This document shows, one piece after another, positions 48,269 through 58,001 of a DNA stretch of 59,920 nt. The first letter of the stretch is position 1. Each line of letters opens with the position of its first letter. A program made the position numbers and the translations under genes. The notes below the pieces were generated by a model, which was not told where the DNA came from, made no database searches, and saw only the letters and a list, made by a program, of their open reading frames with translations. The stretch is from Gemmatimonadaceae bacterium (GTDB lineage: Bacteria > Gemmatimonadota > Gemmatimonadetes > Gemmatimonadales > Gemmatimonadaceae). The stretch lies in contig DATAIS010000003.1 in the NCBI GenBank assembly GCA_036262535.1, positions 1-59,920 on the forward strand. Reading direction: 5' to 3'.

Positions 48269-49131
48269 TCGAAGAGAAGCGGGCGCCGGGCGAGGAGGAG
48301 CGCGGCCATGGAGACGATCATCGCGAGCTTGAACAGTAGTGGCGCCCCCGTCCGCCTCGCCACCACGCGGCGCGCGGCGAGCGCGCAGAGCACGAAGGCG
48401 GGCACCAGCAACAGCGGCAGGCGCGGCGCCGCGCGCGAGAGGCGCACCGCGCCATACACGAACACGGCCAGCGCGAAGAGCACCGCGACCGGCGCGAGCC
48501 AGCGCGGCGCCGCCGTGCCGAGCGTCGTGCGATGCGCGGCGTCACCGATCGCGTCGTCCAGGTCCTTCGCCACCTCGCGCGCGAGGTGCAGCGGCGCGGC
48601 CACCGCGGCGAGCGCGATGCCCGCCCGCGGGTTGCCGACGCTCGCCGCGCCATACGCGAACGGCAGCGACGCCAGCGCGGCTACGGTCACGTTGCCCGGT
48701 ACTCCGGTGCGCGCGAGCCAGCGGTTGTAGGCGGCCATCGCGATCAGCACCAGTGGCGCGGCATTGAGGAGGCCGGGAAGACCGCTGAACGAGGATGCGG
48801 CGATGGCGACGAACGCCCCGGCGATCGCGACGATGCTCGCCGCGCGCCTCGTGAGCACACCCGTCGGGATGGGGCGGTCTGGGTGCGCGACGCGGTCGAT
48901 CTCGGCGTCGTGAGCGTCGTTGTCGGCGTTCGCGAACGCGGTGAAGCCCAGCGCCGCGAGCGCGGCCCACCCGGTAGCTTCGGAGACGGCTCCGCTGGCC
49001 CAGATCGCCCCGACCACGACGCCCAGCGCCGCGATGAGCGCGTTCTGCCAGCGAACGAGCGTCGCGAGGGCGCGGAGCCGCGCACCGGGACCGGGACGCG
49101 CCTCCGGCGGGGACGCCGGGACGTCAGACAT
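48265..49131 (-). CDS. UbiA-family prenyltransferase
   Basis: 288 aa, 8-9 TM helices, Asp-rich motif NADNDAHDAEID. The substrate cannot be assigned from sequence alone. Confidence 0.7.
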   Translation of the reverse strand: MSDVPASPPEARPGPGARLRALATLVRWQNALIAALGVVVGAIWASGAVSEATGWAALAALGFTAFANADNDAHDAEIDRVAHPDRPIPTGVLTRRAASIVAIAGAFVAIAASSFSGLPGLLNAAPLVLIAMAAYNRWLARTGVPGNVTVAALASLPFAYGAASVGNPRAGIALAAVAAPLHLAREVAKDLDDAIGDAAHRTTLGTAAPRWLAPVAVLFALAVFVYGAVRLSRAAPRLPLLLVPAFVLCALAARRVVARRTGAPLLFKLAMIVSMAALLLARRPLLFE

Positions 49132-50251
49132 TCGCCATGTAGAAGCGCTCGTATTGCTCGACGATCTCGTCGCGCGAGAAGCGCTGGCGTGCGTCGTCGG
49201 CGGCGGCGGCGCTCATGCGCTCCCACCGCGCTCGATCGCTCAGCAGCTCGAGGGCCGTGTCCGCCATCCCCTGCACGTCTCCGACGGGACAGAGCGCGCC
49301 CGTCTCGCCCTCGCGCACGACCTCTACGAGCCCGCCGGCGCGACTGCCGACCACGGGAACTCCCGAGGCGAGCGCCTCGAGTGCGCTGAGCCCGAACGAC
49401 TCGCTCTGCGAGGGCAGCAGGAACAGATCGGCCTCGGCGAGCAGGGGGGCGACGATGTCGAGCTTCCCGAGGAAGTAGACGTCGCGCTCGACGCCCAGCC
49501 GGCGCGCCTCGGCTTCGGCGTCGACGCGATCGGGGCCGTCGCCGATCATGACGAGGACCGACGGCATCCGCTCGTGCACCCGCGCGAAGATGCCGACGAC
49601 GTCGCGCACACGCTTCACGGGACGGAAGTTCGAGACGTGCATGAGCACGCTCCGGTCCGCGCCGATCTGCGGGCGCAGCGTCGGCGCGTAGTGGGTGCGG
49701 TCGTAGACCTGCGGGTCAACGAAGTTGTGAATGACCTCGATGCGGCAGCCCGTACAGCCGAAGGCGCGCTGCGTCTCGTCGCGCAGGTACTCCGAGACCG
49801 CCGTCAGCCCGTTGGAGCGCTCGATCGAGAACTTCGTGATCGCGTGGAACGACGGGTCCTGGCCGACGATGGTGATGTCGGTGCCATGCAGCGTAGTCAC
49901 GACGCGGAGGTCGCGGCCGTGTTCGGCGGCGAGCATCTCCTTCGCGATCCATGCGCTCGTCGCATGCGGGATGGCGTAGTGGCAGTGCAGTACGTCGAGG
50001 TCGTGCGCGCGCGCGACCTCGTGCATGCGCACCGCGAGCGCGAGATCGTAAGGCGGGTACTCGAAGAGCGGATAGCGGCCGACGTCCACCTCGTGGAAGT
50101 AGACCCGCGGCAGGAAGCTCGGGAGCCTGAACGGCTGCTGGTAGGTGACGAAATGCACCTCATGACCGCGGGCCGCGAGCGCGATGCCGAGCTCGGTCGC
50201 GACGGCGCCGGAGCCGCCGTACGTCGGATAGCAGGTGATGCCGATCTTCAT
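49124..50251 (-). CDS. bshA: GT4 glycosyltransferase, BshA-like (N-acetyl-alpha-D-glucosaminyl L-malate synthase type)
   Basis: ORF 49124..50272 trimmed to MKIGITCYPTYGGSGAVATELGIALAARGHEVHFVTY (ATG 50251, ATGA overlap with the miaA stop). This N-terminus is very characteristic of BshA as I recall it. E..FGLS.LEA motif near the C-terminus. Confidence 0.6.
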   Translation of the reverse strand: MKIGITCYPTYGGSGAVATELGIALAARGHEVHFVTYQQPFRLPSFLPRVYFHEVDVGRYPLFEYPPYDLALAVRMHEVARAHDLDVLHCHYAIPHATSAWIAKEMLAAEHGRDLRVVTTLHGTDITIVGQDPSFHAITKFSIERSNGLTAVSEYLRDETQRAFGCTGCRIEVIHNFVDPQVYDRTHYAPTLRPQIGADRSVLMHVSNFRPVKRVRDVVGIFARVHERMPSVLVMIGDGPDRVDAEAEARRLGVERDVYFLGKLDIVAPLLAEADLFLLPSQSESFGLSALEALASGVPVVGSRAGGLVEVVREGETGALCPVGDVQGMADTALELLSDRARWERMSAAAADDARQRFSRDEIVEQYERFYMANV

Positions 50252-51162
50252 GCCGCCTCCCCTCTCCACCACCGGTCCGCTCGCGCCGCGGCATCGGGGG
50301 CCGCTGGATCGAGCAGCGTCAGGCGCTCGCGCGGGAGCTGATTCCGCATCCAGGTTCGCTGCCGCTTGGCGTACTGGCGCGTCTCGATCACGATACGCTC
50401 TCGCGCGCGCTCGAGCGATGTGCGATCGACCACTGCCTCACGAAGCGCCTCGTACCCCGCCGCGTTCCAGGCCGGTGCCTCGGAGGGGACGTCGGCGAGG
50501 AGCGAGCGCACCTCGTCGGCCCAGCCGGCCGCCAGCATTCGATCCACGCGCGTCTCGATCCTTTCGCGGAGCGACGCGCCGGGGTCGACGACAAGATAAC
50601 GCGCCTCGTGCCGCGGCGGCCGCGCCGCGCTCCGGTGAAGCGCCGACAGCGGACGACCGGTGAGCAGCGCGACTTCGATCGTCCGCAGCAGCTGCGCGCG
50701 GCCGAGGTGCGACCGCGCGGGATCGAGCACGATGCACCACCGCCGCAGCTCCGCGACCGAGAGCTGAGCGAGGTAGCGCTCGAGCCCACGCCGGCGTTCG
50801 GGGTCGAGCAGTGGCTCCTCGAAGAGCGGCGCGAAGAGCGCCCGCAGGTAGAAGCCGGTGCCGCCGACCACTACCACCTCGCGCCGCGCGGCCCGTGCGC
50901 GATCGATGGCCGCGTCCGCGTGCGCCGCCCACGCTGCGGCCGAGAATCGCGCGGTCGGCTCGGCGATGTCGATGCCGACGTGTGGCACGCGCCGCCGCTC
51001 CTCTGCGGTCGGCTTCGCGGTGCCGATGTCGAAGCGGCGGTAGACCTGGCGCGAATCGGCGCTGATCAACACCGCACCGTAGCGCTCAGCGAGGTCGAGC
51101 GCGATCGCCGACTTCCCGGCCGCGGTCGGGCCGGTGATGACGCGGATGTCAGCGTCGACCAA
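50248..51162 (-). CDS. miaA: tRNA dimethylallyltransferase
   Basis: 304 aa. P-loop GPTAAGKS, DSRQVYR, HH.IDI-like region. Confidence 0.9.
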   Translation of the reverse strand: MVDADIRVITGPTAAGKSAIALDLAERYGAVLISADSRQVYRRFDIGTAKPTAEERRRVPHVGIDIAEPTARFSAAAWAAHADAAIDRARAARREVVVVGGTGFYLRALFAPLFEEPLLDPERRRGLERYLAQLSVAELRRWCIVLDPARSHLGRAQLLRTIEVALLTGRPLSALHRSAARPPRHEARYLVVDPGASLRERIETRVDRMLAAGWADEVRSLLADVPSEAPAWNAAGYEALREAVVDRTSLERARERIVIETRQYAKRQRTWMRNQLPRERLTLLDPAAPDAAARADRWWRGEAA

Positions 51163-52891
51163 AGCGGCGCTCGACCTCGTCCCAGCCGATGCGAACGATC
51201 GTCGCCCGTCCGTGCACGTCGTGCGCGGGAAGCGTCGTGCGCGCGAGCGCGACGTAGAGGGCGCGCATCTCGTCGAGCGAGAGCGCGTCCCCGCCCTTGA
51301 TCGCCGCCTTGCACGCGACCGTCGCGGCGAGCCGCTCGTGCGTCGCGGCGGTGCCGGCGACCCGATCGCCGGTCAGCGCGTCGAGCGTCTCGCGCAGGCA
51401 GCGCTCGGCGTCGAAGCGCGGGTGCGGCATCGGCACGGCGCGCACGAGCAAGGTGTGGCCACCGAAGCCCTCGACGTCGAAGCCGAGGCGCTCCAGCATG
51501 TCGCGGTTCTGCTCGAATGCCTCCGACTCGGCGGGGCCGAGATGCAGCGTCATCGGGAAGAGCAGCCTCTGCGCCGGCGCCTCACCGCGCTCGAGCGCGC
51601 CGAGGAAGCGCTCGTAGAGCACACGCTCGTGCGCCGAGTGCTGGTCGATGAGGACGATTCCCTGCTCGTGCTCGAAGCAGAGATAGGTGCGGGCCCACTG
51701 CACGAGCGTCGGGATCTCGATCGGCTGTTCCGCGGCTTCAGGGGCTGCGGTGGCCGGCGCGCCGTCCGGTTCCGCCGTGAACAGGGGTCCCGCCTCGTCC
51801 GGGTCGCCGCGAGAGCGCAGCGTGTCGACGTCGAGGGGCGTGGCATCGGAAGCGGTCACCGCTCCACCCTGCCACCAGCTGCGGGCGCCGATCGTCGCCG
51901 CGGCCTCCATCGTGCCTAACGCGCGGCGCACCGCCCGCTCGACGATGCGCTCGACCTCCCAGCGCTCGCGAAAGCGGACCTCGGCCTTGGCCGGATGGAC
52001 GTTGACGTCGACGTCGGCGCCGGGCATGGTGATCGAGAGAAGGATCGTCGGTCGGACGCCGGCGGGGATCGTCGAGCGATAGGCGGCCTCGGCGGCGCGA
52101 ACCAGCCCCGGGTCGCGGATCGCGCGGCCATTCACCGCGAGGAAGACGCGGCGGCCTCCGGTGCCGACGTCCTGCGGGCTCTCGACGAGTCCCTCGACGC
52201 GGACCGGTCCCGCCACGTCGTCCACTGCGACGAGCCGCTCGGCGGCGTTTCCGCCCCAGAGCGCGGCGACGCGCGCACGCAGTGACGACGCCGGCGGGAG
52301 CGCGAGCGCCTGACGGCCGTCGTGTGTCACGGTGAGCCGCACCTCGCGCCGGGCGAGCGCGACCAGGGTCAGCGTCTCGACGATCGCGCGCCACTCGGAG
52401 CGCGAACCCCGCATGAACTTGAGGCGCGCGGGCGCGTTGTAGAACAGCGAACCGACGGTGACGGTGGTGCCGCGGCGACGCGCGACGTCGCCGACGCTGA
52501 CGACGGTGCCGCCCGCGGCCTCGACGCGCGTTCCCGCGCCGTCGGTCGCGGACGTTTCGATGAGGAGCTTCGACACGGAGCAGATCGCGGGGAGCGCCTC
52601 GCCCCGGAAGCCGAAGCTGCGCACGGCGACGAGGTCAGAGGCGAGGCGGATCTTCGAGGTCGCGTGGCGGGAGAGGGCGAGCGTCGCATCGTCGCGCTCC
52701 ATGCCGCCGCCGTCGTCGCTGACGCGGATCCTGCTGCGTCCCCCCTCGTCGACCTCGACGTCGATCGAGGTCGCTCCCGCATCGAGGGCGTTCTCGACGA
52801 GCTCCTTCACCACCGAGGCCGGGCGCTCGACGACCTCGCCCGCCGCGATCTGGTCGGCTACTGCGCTGGGAAGGATCGCGATGCGCGGCAC
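51149..52891 (-). CDS. mutL: DNA mismatch repair protein MutL
   Basis: 580 aa. IAAGEVVERPASVVKELVENALDAGA (GHKL ATPase) and FGFRGEAL, plus the C-terminal dimerisation/endonuclease-type domain (DQHSAHERVLYE). Confidence 0.92.
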   Translation of the reverse strand: MPRIAILPSAVADQIAAGEVVERPASVVKELVENALDAGATSIDVEVDEGGRSRIRVSDDGGGMERDDATLALSRHATSKIRLASDLVAVRSFGFRGEALPAICSVSKLLIETSATDGAGTRVEAAGGTVVSVGDVARRRGTTVTVGSLFYNAPARLKFMRGSRSEWRAIVETLTLVALARREVRLTVTHDGRQALALPPASSLRARVAALWGGNAAERLVAVDDVAGPVRVEGLVESPQDVGTGGRRVFLAVNGRAIRDPGLVRAAEAAYRSTIPAGVRPTILLSITMPGADVDVNVHPAKAEVRFRERWEVERIVERAVRRALGTMEAAATIGARSWWQGGAVTASDATPLDVDTLRSRGDPDEAGPLFTAEPDGAPATAAPEAAEQPIEIPTLVQWARTYLCFEHEQGIVLIDQHSAHERVLYERFLGALERGEAPAQRLLFPMTLHLGPAESEAFEQNRDMLERLGFDVEGFGGHTLLVRAVPMPHPRFDAERCLRETLDALTGDRVAGTAATHERLAATVACKAAIKGGDALSLDEMRALYVALARTTLPAHDVHGRATIVRIGWDEVERRFGRR

Positions 52892-52939
52892 GGCGGAAAC
52901 GTCGCCGGACGCACCGCCGCGGTCAACCGCGCGGCGGGT

Positions 52940-55315
52940 TCAGTCGCGCGCGATCGTTCGCAGCTGGTCGCTCTCGATCCAGCCGACGTCGCGGTTCACC
53001 GCCGCGACCTGCGCCCATGCTCCCTCGCGGCGCACGACGCGCACGACCTCGCCAGTACGAACGGCCGCCCCGGGGTCCGCTGCCAGCGACGGGAGGGCGT
53101 GCAGAGTGCTCTGGCTGGCGACGACGGCGAGGGAGCGGGCGGCCAGCCGCTCGTCGGCGAGGATGTAGATCGCGGCGAGCGCGCCGGCGATCCCGAAGCC
53201 CGCGTACGCCCACGCGGTGCGTGAGCGCTCGTGCCAGAGGATGCGCCCCGCCACGGCGAGCCAGGCGAGCCACCACACGACGAGCGCGGCGACAGCGAGG
53301 GGGGCGAGCGGGAGTGGCGGCACCCAGGCCAGCGCGCCGCGCGCGGGACCGGGGGTGAGGTCGAGCCGCTCGCGCAGCTCGCCATCGAGCGGCGCAAGGC
53401 GGAGCGCGTGGTGCCAGTCGCGAACCGCGTCGACGGTGTCGCCGTTCATCCACGATGCAGTCCCGGCGTTCGCGAGCGCGTCGACGCTGCGCGGGCCGAG
53501 CGCGGCGACCGAGTCGAAGCGCGCCGCGGCGAGCGCGTACTGGCGGGCGTCGTATGCGGCGACCGCATCGGAGAAGATCGCGCCGGCGCTGTCGCGCGCC
53601 GCCGCACCGGCGGCGACGACACCCGCGCAGAGCGCGATCACGAGCAGCGCCGACGGCGGGCGGAGGACGACGCGCGGGCGGGCCTCGCGCTCGACGTCGC
53701 GGAGCATGGTGCAGGCGCGCGCGGCCGCGTCGCGGACGGTGCGGTGTCGCGGCGAGTAGCTCGCATCGGCGAGCTCCTCGAGGAACGCGGTCGCGCGCGA
53801 CGCCGTCGTCGCCGAGACCCCGGCATGGCGCAGGGCACGAAGCAGCTGCTCGCTGCGCGCGAAGTCGGCCGGATGCGCGACGCCGCGCTCGATGAGCGCC
53901 CGCTCGAGGAGCCGGCGTGCCGCCGCGGCCGACGCGCCGCGGCTCCGCCGCAGTGCGCGGAGCCTCACCGCGGCGCCGACCGCGCGCGGGGCACGACGTC
54001 CGCGCCTCGCGAGCGCGGCGGTGAGCGCGGGGAGTGGCGCGAGCGCGGCGACGATCGCGAAGCCGGGATGCGTCGGCAACGGAGCGGGAGCGGCGGGACG
54101 GAGCACGCGCCTGATCGACAACGGCGCGGCACGGGCGCTATCGACGTTCGTGCCGTGCGCGAGCGCGCCGGGAGCGACGAAGAGGGTCTCCGGGTCGGTC
54201 TGCGCCAGCTCGTACCGTGCGCTCTGCGGGTTCCAGTAGGGATATCGCAGAGCGGGAATCTCCTGCGCTCCGGACTGGCGCGGCGTGAGGATCCAGTCGA
54301 ACTCCTTGGCGCCGCGTACCCGTCTCGCGGCGGTGTCGATGCGCACCCGCTCGTCGCCCGCAACCAGTCCCGCCCATGGAATCACGACGCGCGGACGGGG
54401 GAGCAGCTTCATGTTCCCCTCCCCCTCCACGCGCATCGTGAGCAGGAGCGGATCGCCGACGCGCGCCCCCGCGGTGTCGGCGCGCGCGGCGGCTGTGAAC
54501 TCGCCGACCGCGCCCGCGAAGTCCTCCGGACGACCGTCCTGCGGGAGCTCGCGCGCCACGACCGCCGCCGCGTCACTCCGGGTCTCGCGCCGCTCGGACC
54601 CGGCGAAGAACCCGGCACCGACGGACATCGCGTACGAGAGCTGCGCCGGCGACAGCTCGTGCCGGCCGGCGGCGAGCGGGAAGACCGCGCGCTCGTAGAC
54701 GAGGACGTCGAAGCATCGCGTGCCGACACGCCTGCGGATCGTCCGTCGTGACGACGCAGGGAAATCATACGCCATGAGGGCGTTGAGCTGCGGCGGAACG
54801 AAATTCGGGTTGCCGCGCAGCTTGTCGCGCGCCTCGGGACTGATGAAGACGCCGACCTGATAGGTCGCCTGCTCCCCGACCCACACGGTGTCGGGCGCGA
54901 TCATGGAGCGCATCGACACGTCGGCGCCGCTGTCGAGCTGCGCACGAGCGACGATCGCCGGCGTCGCCGAGGTATCGTCGCCGGCCACGACAACAGTGGC
55001 GCGCCGGCTGCGTGCGCGGACGCGCCCGGAGCGAAGCTCGAACGCCGGCAGCGTGTAGCGGCCAGGCCGCTCGACGAGCAGCGTGAGCACGACGTCGGTG
55101 AGGCTCCAGCGCCGGCCGTCGACGTCGGTGGACGACTGCGTCGTCGCGCGGGAGCCGACGAGCGTGAAGGGCCGGACGTCGGGCGCGACGAGCTGGGGCG
55201 CGGCGATGCCCCGCGCCGAGCCGATGATGGCGACGGTGAAGGGCTCGCAGGCGCGAACCGTGTCGGCGACGGCGACGGAGACGGTGAGCTGCGCCGCGAC
55301 GAAGAGCGTTACCAA
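52940..55315 (-). CDS. BatD-like protein fused to a BatE-like TPR, TM and SH3 C-terminal module
   Basis: Frame of ORF 52940..56017. The start is set at TTG 55315, overlapping the upstream stop, because there is no in-frame ATG nearby. The N-terminal roughly 450 aa are BatD-like. The C-terminal part has a TPR segment (AYDARQYALAAARFDSV), two TM helices and an SH3-like end (GEVVRVVRREGAWAQVAAVNRDVGWIESDQL). Confidence 0.6.
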   Translation of the reverse strand: MVTLFVAAQLTVSVAVADTVRACEPFTVAIIGSARGIAAPQLVAPDVRPFTLVGSRATTQSSTDVDGRRWSLTDVVLTLLVERPGRYTLPAFELRSGRVRARSRRATVVVAGDDTSATPAIVARAQLDSGADVSMRSMIAPDTVWVGEQATYQVGVFISPEARDKLRGNPNFVPPQLNALMAYDFPASSRRTIRRRVGTRCFDVLVYERAVFPLAAGRHELSPAQLSYAMSVGAGFFAGSERRETRSDAAAVVARELPQDGRPEDFAGAVGEFTAAARADTAGARVGDPLLLTMRVEGEGNMKLLPRPRVVIPWAGLVAGDERVRIDTAARRVRGAKEFDWILTPRQSGAQEIPALRYPYWNPQSARYELAQTDPETLFVAPGALAHGTNVDSARAAPLSIRRVLRPAAPAPLPTHPGFAIVAALAPLPALTAALARRGRRAPRAVGAAVRLRALRRSRGASAAAARRLLERALIERGVAHPADFARSEQLLRALRHAGVSATTASRATAFLEELADASYSPRHRTVRDAAARACTMLRDVEREARPRVVLRPPSALLVIALCAGVVAAGAAARDSAGAIFSDAVAAYDARQYALAAARFDSVAALGPRSVDALANAGTASWMNGDTVDAVRDWHHALRLAPLDGELRERLDLTPGPARGALAWVPPLPLAPLAVAALVVWWLAWLAVAGRILWHERSRTAWAYAGFGIAGALAAIYILADERLAARSLAVVASQSTLHALPSLAADPGAAVRTGEVVRVVRREGAWAQVAAVNRDVGWIESDQLRTIARD

Positions 55316-57012
55316 TCCTTCGCTCCCGGCGGCGTCGTCGGCCGTCCTTCCTTCTGCTTGCGCGCCTGCACCTCGCGTTCGTCGCGCGAGGCACTGTTGA
55401 GGATCTGCTCCGCACGCTGCTGCTCGAGCGACCCGGCGGGTTGCGGCTGCGGTCGCGGCTCCCGTGGCGCGGCAGGCGACGGGTCCTCGTTCTGGTCGTT
55501 GCCGCCGCCGCCGCCGCCGCCGCCGCTCTGCTTCTTGCGCAGCGCGAGCTCGTAGTTCCACTTCGCATCCTGGTCGCGCGAGCGGAGGAGCAACACGCGC
55601 TTGTACGCCGCGAGCGCGGCGTCGAGCGCGGGCGCGGCGCTGTCGGCGGGAAGGGCGAGCCCGCGCTTGAGGTGCGCGAGACCGAGATTGAACAGCACGC
55701 GGTAGCGCAGCTCCGGATCCTGGGCCGCGGTGATGCGGTCGAGCAGCGCCGTGGCGCGCCCGAGCGAATCCGCGGCGACGAGCGCCGTCGCCAGATTGTA
55801 GATCATCGTCGGCGACCGATTGCCACCTTCGACGATGCGTCGATAGAGCGCCGCCGCTTCGGCGTACCGTCCCGCACGATAGGCACGCGCCGCGTCGGCC
55901 GCATCGTCCGCGCGGGCGGCGCGCGGCGCGAGGAGGAGCAGCAGTGCGGCCGCGGCCGCCGGTACCGCCGCCGCCGGACCCGGCTGACGTGCGCGGCGTC
56001 GCCGCTCGACGAGCCACGTATCGAGCAGGAGCAGCAGCAGCGCCGGGGCGAGGAACCAGTGGAAGCGCGGTGTGCGCTGTGCCGCGGCCTGCATGGCAAC
56101 GTCCGAGGCACGCAAGGAACGAAGCGCCGACAACACACGCGCCGCCTTGTCAGTCTGTTCCGCGGGAATGAAGGTCCCGCCCGCCGCCTCGGCGGCGGCG
56201 CGCAGGTGCTCCGGCGAGTAGCGGGACACCACGACCTGACCATTCTCGTCGGTCTTGAGTGCCCGGCGCCCCTCGTCGGTCGTGATCGGGATGGTCGCGC
56301 CCTGCGGCGTGCCGAAGCCGACTGTCACCACGGCGATACCTGCCTCCTTCGCGCGTCCCGCGGCCGCGCTCACGTCTTCCATGGGCTCGAACGCCTCCCC
56401 GTCACTGAGGACGACGAGCGCCTTCCCCGCGTCTCCCTGCGACGCCGAGAGGAGGTCCGTGCCCTGGCGGATCGCCCGCGCCAGGGAGCTTCCCGCCTGC
56501 CCGACGATCGACGGATCGAGATTGTCGAGGAAGAGGTCGATCGCCCCTTCGTCGACCGTCATCGGCGTCAGGATGTAGCTGCGACCCGCGAAGGCGATGA
56601 GCCCGACGCGACCTGTCGGGCGTTCCGCGCGCAGGCGCCGCAGCTCCTGCTTCACGCGCTCGAGGCGATTCGGGCGCTCGTCAGTGGCGAGCATGGAGAG
56701 CGACGCATCGACGGCGAGCACGAGGTCGTACCCCTGGACGCGAATCTGGACGCGCTCCCGTCCCCAGCGGGGCCCGGCGAGCGCGACGCCCGCCAGCGTT
56801 GCAGCGAGCCCGATCCGCAACGCGCGCCAGCGACTGGCCTGACGGCGCAGCCCCGGCGGGAGGAGGCGGCGCACGACGCTCTCGGTACCGAGCCGCGCGA
56901 GGCGGACCTCCCGGCGACGCTGGATGCGCAGCGCGAGCACCGCCAGCGCGACGCCGAGGACGACCGCGACGGCGATCATCCATGGCCTGTCGAAGGTCGC
57001 CAGCATCGTCAT
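55309..57012 (-). CDS. VWA-domain protein (BatB-like) fused to a TPR module (BatC-like)
   Basis: ORF 55309..58104 trimmed to MTMLATFDRPWM (ATG 57012, ATGA overlap with the batA stop), 567 aa. It has N-terminal TM helices, MIDAS AVDASLSM and a VWA fold. Then come a TM helix, TPR repeats, and a Gly8 and Pro/Gln/Glu-rich tail. Confidence 0.75.
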   Translation of the reverse strand: MTMLATFDRPWMIAVAVVLGVALAVLALRIQRRREVRLARLGTESVVRRLLPPGLRRQASRWRALRIGLAATLAGVALAGPRWGRERVQIRVQGYDLVLAVDASLSMLATDERPNRLERVKQELRRLRAERPTGRVGLIAFAGRSYILTPMTVDEGAIDLFLDNLDPSIVGQAGSSLARAIRQGTDLLSASQGDAGKALVVLSDGEAFEPMEDVSAAAGRAKEAGIAVVTVGFGTPQGATIPITTDEGRRALKTDENGQVVVSRYSPEHLRAAAEAAGGTFIPAEQTDKAARVLSALRSLRASDVAMQAAAQRTPRFHWFLAPALLLLLLDTWLVERRRRARQPGPAAAVPAAAAALLLLLAPRAARADDAADAARAYRAGRYAEAAALYRRIVEGGNRSPTMIYNLATALVAADSLGRATALLDRITAAQDPELRYRVLFNLGLAHLKRGLALPADSAAPALDAALAAYKRVLLLRSRDQDAKWNYELALRKKQSGGGGGGGGNDQNEDPSPAAPREPRPQPQPAGSLEQQRAEQILNSASRDEREVQARKQKEGRPTTPPGAKDW

Positions 57013-58001
57013 GGCAGCGGCGCCTTCCACGCGAGGAGCGCGAGCTCGAGCGCGATCGCGAGGAGCGCGAGCGACAGCGGCCACGTGTAGCGCTCGGTGA
57101 ACTGCGTGTACGTTCGCGTCTGCACCGGCGCGCGCTCGAGCTGGTCGATGAACTCGAGGGTACGCTCGAGCGCCGCGGCGTCCGTCGCGCGGAAGTAGCG
57201 ACCACCGGTGCCGTTCGCGACTTCGGTGAGGAGCGCGTCGTCGATGCGCACCGGCTGATACTCGAAGCGCAGCCCGCCGATCCCCCGCCCGACCGGGACG
57301 CGCGCCATGCCGACGCTGCCGACGCCGATCGCGTAGATGCGGATCCCGAACGCCTGTGCGGCCTTGCCGGCGGTGCGGGGATCGATCGAGCCGCGATTGT
57401 TCTCGCCGTCGGTGAGGAGAAGGATGACGCGCGACTTCCCCGGCGATCGGCGGAGTCGGTTGGCCGCGGTCGCGATCGCGGTACCGATCGCGGTCCCGTC
57501 CTCCAGCTGGCCCGGCTGGAGGTTCTGCACGCCGGCCATCACCACCGGGTAATCCGTCGTCAGCGGGACCTGGGTCAGCGCCTCGCCGGAGAATGCGACG
57601 AGCCCGATGCGGTCGCTCTTGCGCATGCTCACGAAGCGGCGCACGAGGTCCCGCGCCACCTCGAGCCGGTTCCGCGGCTGGAAATCCTCGGCGAGCATCG
57701 AGCTCGAGATGTCGAAGGCGATCATGATGTCGATCCCCTCCGATGTGATCTGCCGCGAGCTGGCGCCGGTCCGCGGCTGGGCGAGGGCGATGACGAGCCC
57801 CGCCAGCGCGAGATTCCTGAGGATGAAGAGCGCACGCGTGAGCGCACGGCCGGCGCGCGGTCCACGGAGAAGTGTCGGAACGCGCGAGTAGACGATCGCC
57901 GCGGGCCGGGCGCGACGGCGGAGCAGCCACCACACCGGGAGCAGGAGCAGGAGCGGGAGCACCCACGGCACCGCGAACTGGAGCCGGCCGATGCCGATCA
58001 T
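57009..58001 (-). CDS. VWA-domain membrane protein (BatA-like)
   Basis: ORF 57009..58478 trimmed to MIGIGRLQFAVPWVLPLLLLLP (ATG 58001, ATGA overlap), 330 aa. MIDAS AFDISSSM, LLTDGENN and a C-terminal TM helix. Confidence 0.8.
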   Translation of the reverse strand: MIGIGRLQFAVPWVLPLLLLLPVWWLLRRRARPAAIVYSRVPTLLRGPRAGRALTRALFILRNLALAGLVIALAQPRTGASSRQITSEGIDIMIAFDISSSMLAEDFQPRNRLEVARDLVRRFVSMRKSDRIGLVAFSGEALTQVPLTTDYPVVMAGVQNLQPGQLEDGTAIGTAIATAANRLRRSPGKSRVILLLTDGENNRGSIDPRTAGKAAQAFGIRIYAIGVGSVGMARVPVGRGIGGLRFEYQPVRIDDALLTEVANGTGGRYFRATDAAALERTLEFIDQLERAPVQTRTYTQFTERYTWPLSLALLAIALELALLAWKAPLP

